NCBI GenBank assembly: GCA_024228495.1
Contig: JAAETJ010000996.1
Span: forward strand, 34,211 to 98,210
DNA length: 64,000 nucleotides
Source of the DNA: a bacterium
Lineage (GTDB): Bacteria; Pseudomonadota; Alphaproteobacteria; Rhizobiales; JAKIUO01
Direction: 5' to 3'
Shown here: piece by piece, positions 61,247 to 64,000 of the stretch
Layout: every line of letters begins with the position of its first letter
How positions within the stretch are numbered: the first letter of the stretch is position 1
Notes under the pieces: generated by a model
What the model saw: only the letters and a program-made list of their open reading frames with translations
Told to the model about the DNA's origin: nothing
Databases searched by the model: none
Program-made: the position numbers and the translations under genes

Positions 61247-61849
61247 ATGAGTATAGATCTCACGTCGAATATCTCAGTTATTGGATTTCTGCTGGGCTAC
61301 CTCGCTGGCGCTATTCCTTTTGGCCTGCTTTTAACAAGGGCCTTTGGACTTGGTGACATCCGCCAGACCGGTTCGGGCAATATCGGGGCCACCAATGTGC
61401 TGCGCACCGGCAATAAAGGGGTTGCCGCCGCGACATTACTGGCGGATATGGCAAAAGGTGCCATCCCGGTTTTTATCGGGTCCAAATATGGACCAGAGAC
61501 CGCCATGCTTGCTGGCCTTGGTGCTTTTCTTGGGCACCTTTTTCCGATTTGGTTAAAATTCAAGGGGGGCAAAGGCGTTGCAACCTATATCGGCGTGTTG
61601 ATCGGCTTTTATTGGCCATTTGCTCTGTTCTTTTGCGGGATCTGGATGGTTACCACACTGGTCTTTAGAATCTCGTCCCTGTCAGCCTTGATCGCCGCTG
61701 CCTGCTTACCACTAATTGCTGCCACGACAGGGCAAAAAACACTTGTCTTTGTCATCATGGTGATGAGCTTGCTGGTTTTCATCAAACACAAAGACAATAT
61801 CGAGCGGCTCATGCGCGGTGAAGAGACCAAGATTGGCAGCGAGGGATAG
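61247..61849 (+). CDS. plsY: Glycerol-3-phosphate acyltransferase PlsY
   Basis: GYLAGAIPFG, GSGNIGATNVLRTG and FKGGKGVAT. The ATG at 61247 is preferred. Confidence 0.9.
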   Translation: MSIDLTSNISVIGFLLGYLAGAIPFGLLLTRAFGLGDIRQTGSGNIGATNVLRTGNKGVAAATLLADMAKGAIPVFIGSKYGPETAMLAGLGAFLGHLFPIWLKFKGGKGVATYIGVLIGFYWPFALFFCGIWMVTTLVFRISSLSALIAAACLPLIAATTGQKTLVFVIMVMSLLVFIKHKDNIERLMRGEETKIGSEG

Positions 61850-61853
61850 AACT

Positions 61854-63023
61854 ATGCCCTTGTACAAATCCTCCCCTTCCGACAAAGCAACTTCCGTTAC
61901 CTTAAGCGACGAGCAAAAGCTCAACTGGCTGCGCCTCATCAGATCACATAATATCGGTCCTGCCACATTCTGGCGCTTGATCAATTATTTTGGCGGTGCC
62001 GAACAAGCGCTTGATCGTTTGCCAGAGTTTCAACGCCGCTCCCAAAAGCACCAATCTCAACACCCGTCCATCACCATGCAAATGGTTGAACGCGAACTCA
62101 ATGCTGCCCACAAATTTGGTGCCACGCTCGTTGCCAGAGGCGAACATGGTTATCCCCCAGCCCTTGCATATCTCGACTCGCCGCCGCCGCTTCTTTATAT
62201 CAAGGGAGACGCCGACCTCGCCACATTGCCAGCGGTCGCCATTGTCGGATCGAGAAACGGCTCGGCGGTTGGGCAAAAATTCACCCGCCGCCTCGTGCAA
62301 GAGCTGGCGCAAGCTGGATATTTGATTGTTTCAGGACTGGCACGCGGCATCGATACGGCGGCCCACACAGGGGCGTTGGAAAAGGCAACGATGGCTGTGA
62401 TCGCAGGAGGTATCGACAATTATTACCCGCCGCAAAACAAGGAATTACAAAGTCAGATCGAAAAAATCGGTCTTGTCATAACTGAAAACCCACCAGGCTT
62501 TGAGCCACGGGCCCGTGATTTTCCACGCCGCAACAGGATTATATCCGGCTGTTGTCTTGGGACCATTGTCATCGAAGCCAATCTGCGCTCTGGTTCCTTG
62601 ATCACCGCGCGCCTTGCCAGCGAGCAAGGTCGTGAAGTCATGGCCGTCCCCGGCCATCCAACGGACCCACGAGCGGCTGGCCCCAACCGCTTGATCATGT
62701 CCGGAGCGACGATGATCACTTGCGCGAGCGATGTGCTCGACAATCTCACGCCCATGTCCGACATAAAGCGCTATGAACAAACCTCCTTGTTCGAACCCGA
62801 TCCGGTCCAGCAACCAGTTGAGAAAATCTACGTCGAACAAAGCGCGCGTGAAACTGTGCTCAATGCCTTAAGCACTCAGGCCGTTGAAATAGATGAAATA
62901 ATAAGGACCACAAATCTGCATTCACGTGAGGTGCGAATCATATTGCTCGAATTGGAACTAGACGGAAGACTGGAACATGATGGTGCTCAAAATATTCGAT
63001 TATTGGAGCCTCTTGCATCCTAA
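61854..63023 (+). CDS. dprA: DNA-processing protein DprA
   Basis: VAIVGSRNGS, VSGLARGIDTAAH and GSLITARLASEQGREVMAVPG, with a C-terminal winged helix. The ATG at 61854 is preferred. Confidence 0.9.
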   Translation: MPLYKSSPSDKATSVTLSDEQKLNWLRLIRSHNIGPATFWRLINYFGGAEQALDRLPEFQRRSQKHQSQHPSITMQMVERELNAAHKFGATLVARGEHGYPPALAYLDSPPPLLYIKGDADLATLPAVAIVGSRNGSAVGQKFTRRLVQELAQAGYLIVSGLARGIDTAAHTGALEKATMAVIAGGIDNYYPPQNKELQSQIEKIGLVITENPPGFEPRARDFPRRNRIISGCCLGTIVIEANLRSGSLITARLASEQGREVMAVPGHPTDPRAAGPNRLIMSGATMITCASDVLDNLTPMSDIKRYEQTSLFEPDPVQQPVEKIYVEQSARETVLNALSTQAVEIDEIIRTTNLHSREVRIILLELELDGRLEHDGAQNIRLLEPLAS

Positions 63024-63066
63024 CACTTGCCGAACCTGTACGACGAAAGTCTTTTGGCGCTACCAA

Positions 63067-63291
63067 TCATTTGGCGTTGGTTGACTCTATAGCCTCGATT
63101 CTCGCCATTGCCAATAAATATACCAATACGGACTGATCTTCTTTGGTGGCGATTCGCATCAAACGGTCCAACATATCAATAATGAAAGCGTTGGCATCGT
63201 CACCATCTGCCACCATTAGAGTATTCTCATCAAGATTTCTTCTTCCATCACTCAACTTGATGATGTTGGAGATTGGTTCATCATTTCCCAT
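63067..63291 (-). CDS. Hypothetical small acidic protein
   Basis: 74-aa ORF (MGNDEPISNIIKLSDGRRNLDE...LMRIATKEDQSVLVYLLAMARIEA). No family recognised. Confidence 0.4.
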   Translation of the reverse strand: MGNDEPISNIIKLSDGRRNLDENTLMVADGDDANAFIIDMLDRLMRIATKEDQSVLVYLLAMARIEAIESTNAK

Positions 63292-63342
63292 AAAGCACCC
63301 CTCTTAATGGCAACCGTTGTAAAAACCACATCTTCGTCCCAT

Positions 63343-63351
63343 TTATCCACA
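63343..63351. promoter_or_regulatory. Consensus DnaA box TTATCCACA in the topA upstream region
   Basis: Exact 9-mer. A one-mismatch inverted copy, TGTGGATAT, lies at 63637-63645. Confidence 0.35.
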
Positions 63352-63675
63352 TAGGTTCCTTTTGTGGCATTTTGCTATATACCGATCTGATATTGCTGTA
63401 GGCGTCGCGACACACCCTTAAATTGCATCGCAATTCTTGCGCAACTTATAATTGCACATAATGCAATATAAAAATCAACCTATTGTTTTAGGTAATTGAC
63501 ACGAAGACTGTGATTGCGCATTTTCTTACGGCAATTAATATGAAGATTAGTGATGGGTTTTCGACATCATCGAGCGATTATACCTTGATGTCGTCTCTTT
63601 GGATAAGATTTGAAGAGACAATCGTACAATCCCATTTGTGGATATTGAACAAGTCAGAACGAGAAACGGACACCA

Positions 63676-64000
63676 ATGAATATTGTTATTGTGGAATCGG
63701 CGGCAAAGGCCAAAACCATCAACAAGTATCTTGGGTCTGACTATAAAGTCATCGCCTCTATTGGTCACGTACGCGACCTACCCTCGCAAAACGGCTCCGT
63801 TGAACCCGACAATGATTTTACCATGCATTGGGAATCAGATCCCCGCGGTGCCAAAACACTGAAAGAAATCACAGCCGCGGTCAAAGGCTCCGACAAACTG
63901 ATCCTCGCTACTGACCCTGATCGTGAAGGCGAAGCTATCTCATGGCATATTTTACAAGTCCTCGAACAAAGAAAAGCGCTCAACGGCGTCGAAGTTGAGC
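63676..64000 (+). CDS. topA: DNA topoisomerase I, N-terminal part (continues beyond the window)
   Basis: My own translation from ATG 63676 gives MNIVIVESAAKAKTINKYLGSDYKVIASIGHVRDLP...LILATDPDREGEAISWH (Toprim domain). There is no stop before the window end, so it is absent from the ORF track. Confidence 0.9.
   Translation, partial: MNIVIVESAAKAKTINKYLGSDYKVIASIGHVRDLPSQNGSVEPDNDFTMHWESDPRGAKTLKEITAAVKGSDKLILATDPDREGEAISWHILQVLEQRKALNGVEVE

Noticed and set aside
63343-63645. Possibility that the DnaA boxes mark the chromosomal origin
   Set aside because: There are only one exact and one near-consensus box, with no box cluster, no AT-rich unwinding repeats and no hemE/dnaA/parAB-type origin neighbourhood. 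Regulatory boxes are more likely.
1-64000. tRNA, rRNA, tmRNA, CRISPR repeats, integrases, toxin-antitoxin pairs, and restriction or other defence genes
   Set aside because: Visual scanning of all intergenic regions and the ORF track found none. A tRNAscan, Infernal or defence-finder run would be needed to exclude small or divergent elements formally.

Overview
This window reads as a core chromosomal segment of an alphaproteobacterium, Hyphomicrobiales/Rhizobiales-like by gene content and synteny, at roughly 50% GC. About 62 protein genes are densely packed and mostly housekeeping. They include metC', nadABC, leuA, trmFO, yajC-secDF, the nlpD-like/pcm/surE/serS run, tatABC, scpAB, nagZ, a SPOR protein, argS, a dGTPase, erpA, xthA, ilvD, anmK, tyrS, ppk2, aspS, map, radC, gatCAB, ruvX, pyrB plus a pseudo-dihydroorotase, plsY, dprA and the start of topA. 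By eye I found no rRNA, tRNA, CRISPR array, intact mobile element, prophage, or recognisable defence or toxin-antitoxin module.

The only mobile DNA is a roughly 320-bp left-end remnant of an IS21-family element next to leuA. Non-core, lower-GC patches lie at about 4.85-5.5 kb, 33.3-34.1 kb and 47.9-53.7 kb. The last patch holds a divergent acyl-CoA ligase, a dedicated ACP plus KAS pair (NodF/NodE-like), a truncated AraC gene, a GlsB/YeaQ stress protein, an MscS channel, and three unusually long (about 500 bp) structured spacers.

I did not find a convincing multi-gene novel system. The observations most worth follow-up are:
- the orphan ACP/KAS module
- the ppk2 plus DksA/TraR-like bicistron with neighbouring RcdA-like and TusE/DsrC-like genes
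- the NDUFAF3/NDUFAF6-homologue pair behind secDF, followed by a large secreted SGNH hydrolase
- a Leu-rich leader ORF with alternative hairpins upstream of leuA
- candidate operators upstream of nadA, the DASS transporter and topA
- a perfect CtrA box at the nlpD-like gene
- an inactive PyrC' partner of pyrB

All function calls come from motif-level reading of the supplied translations. No database search was run.
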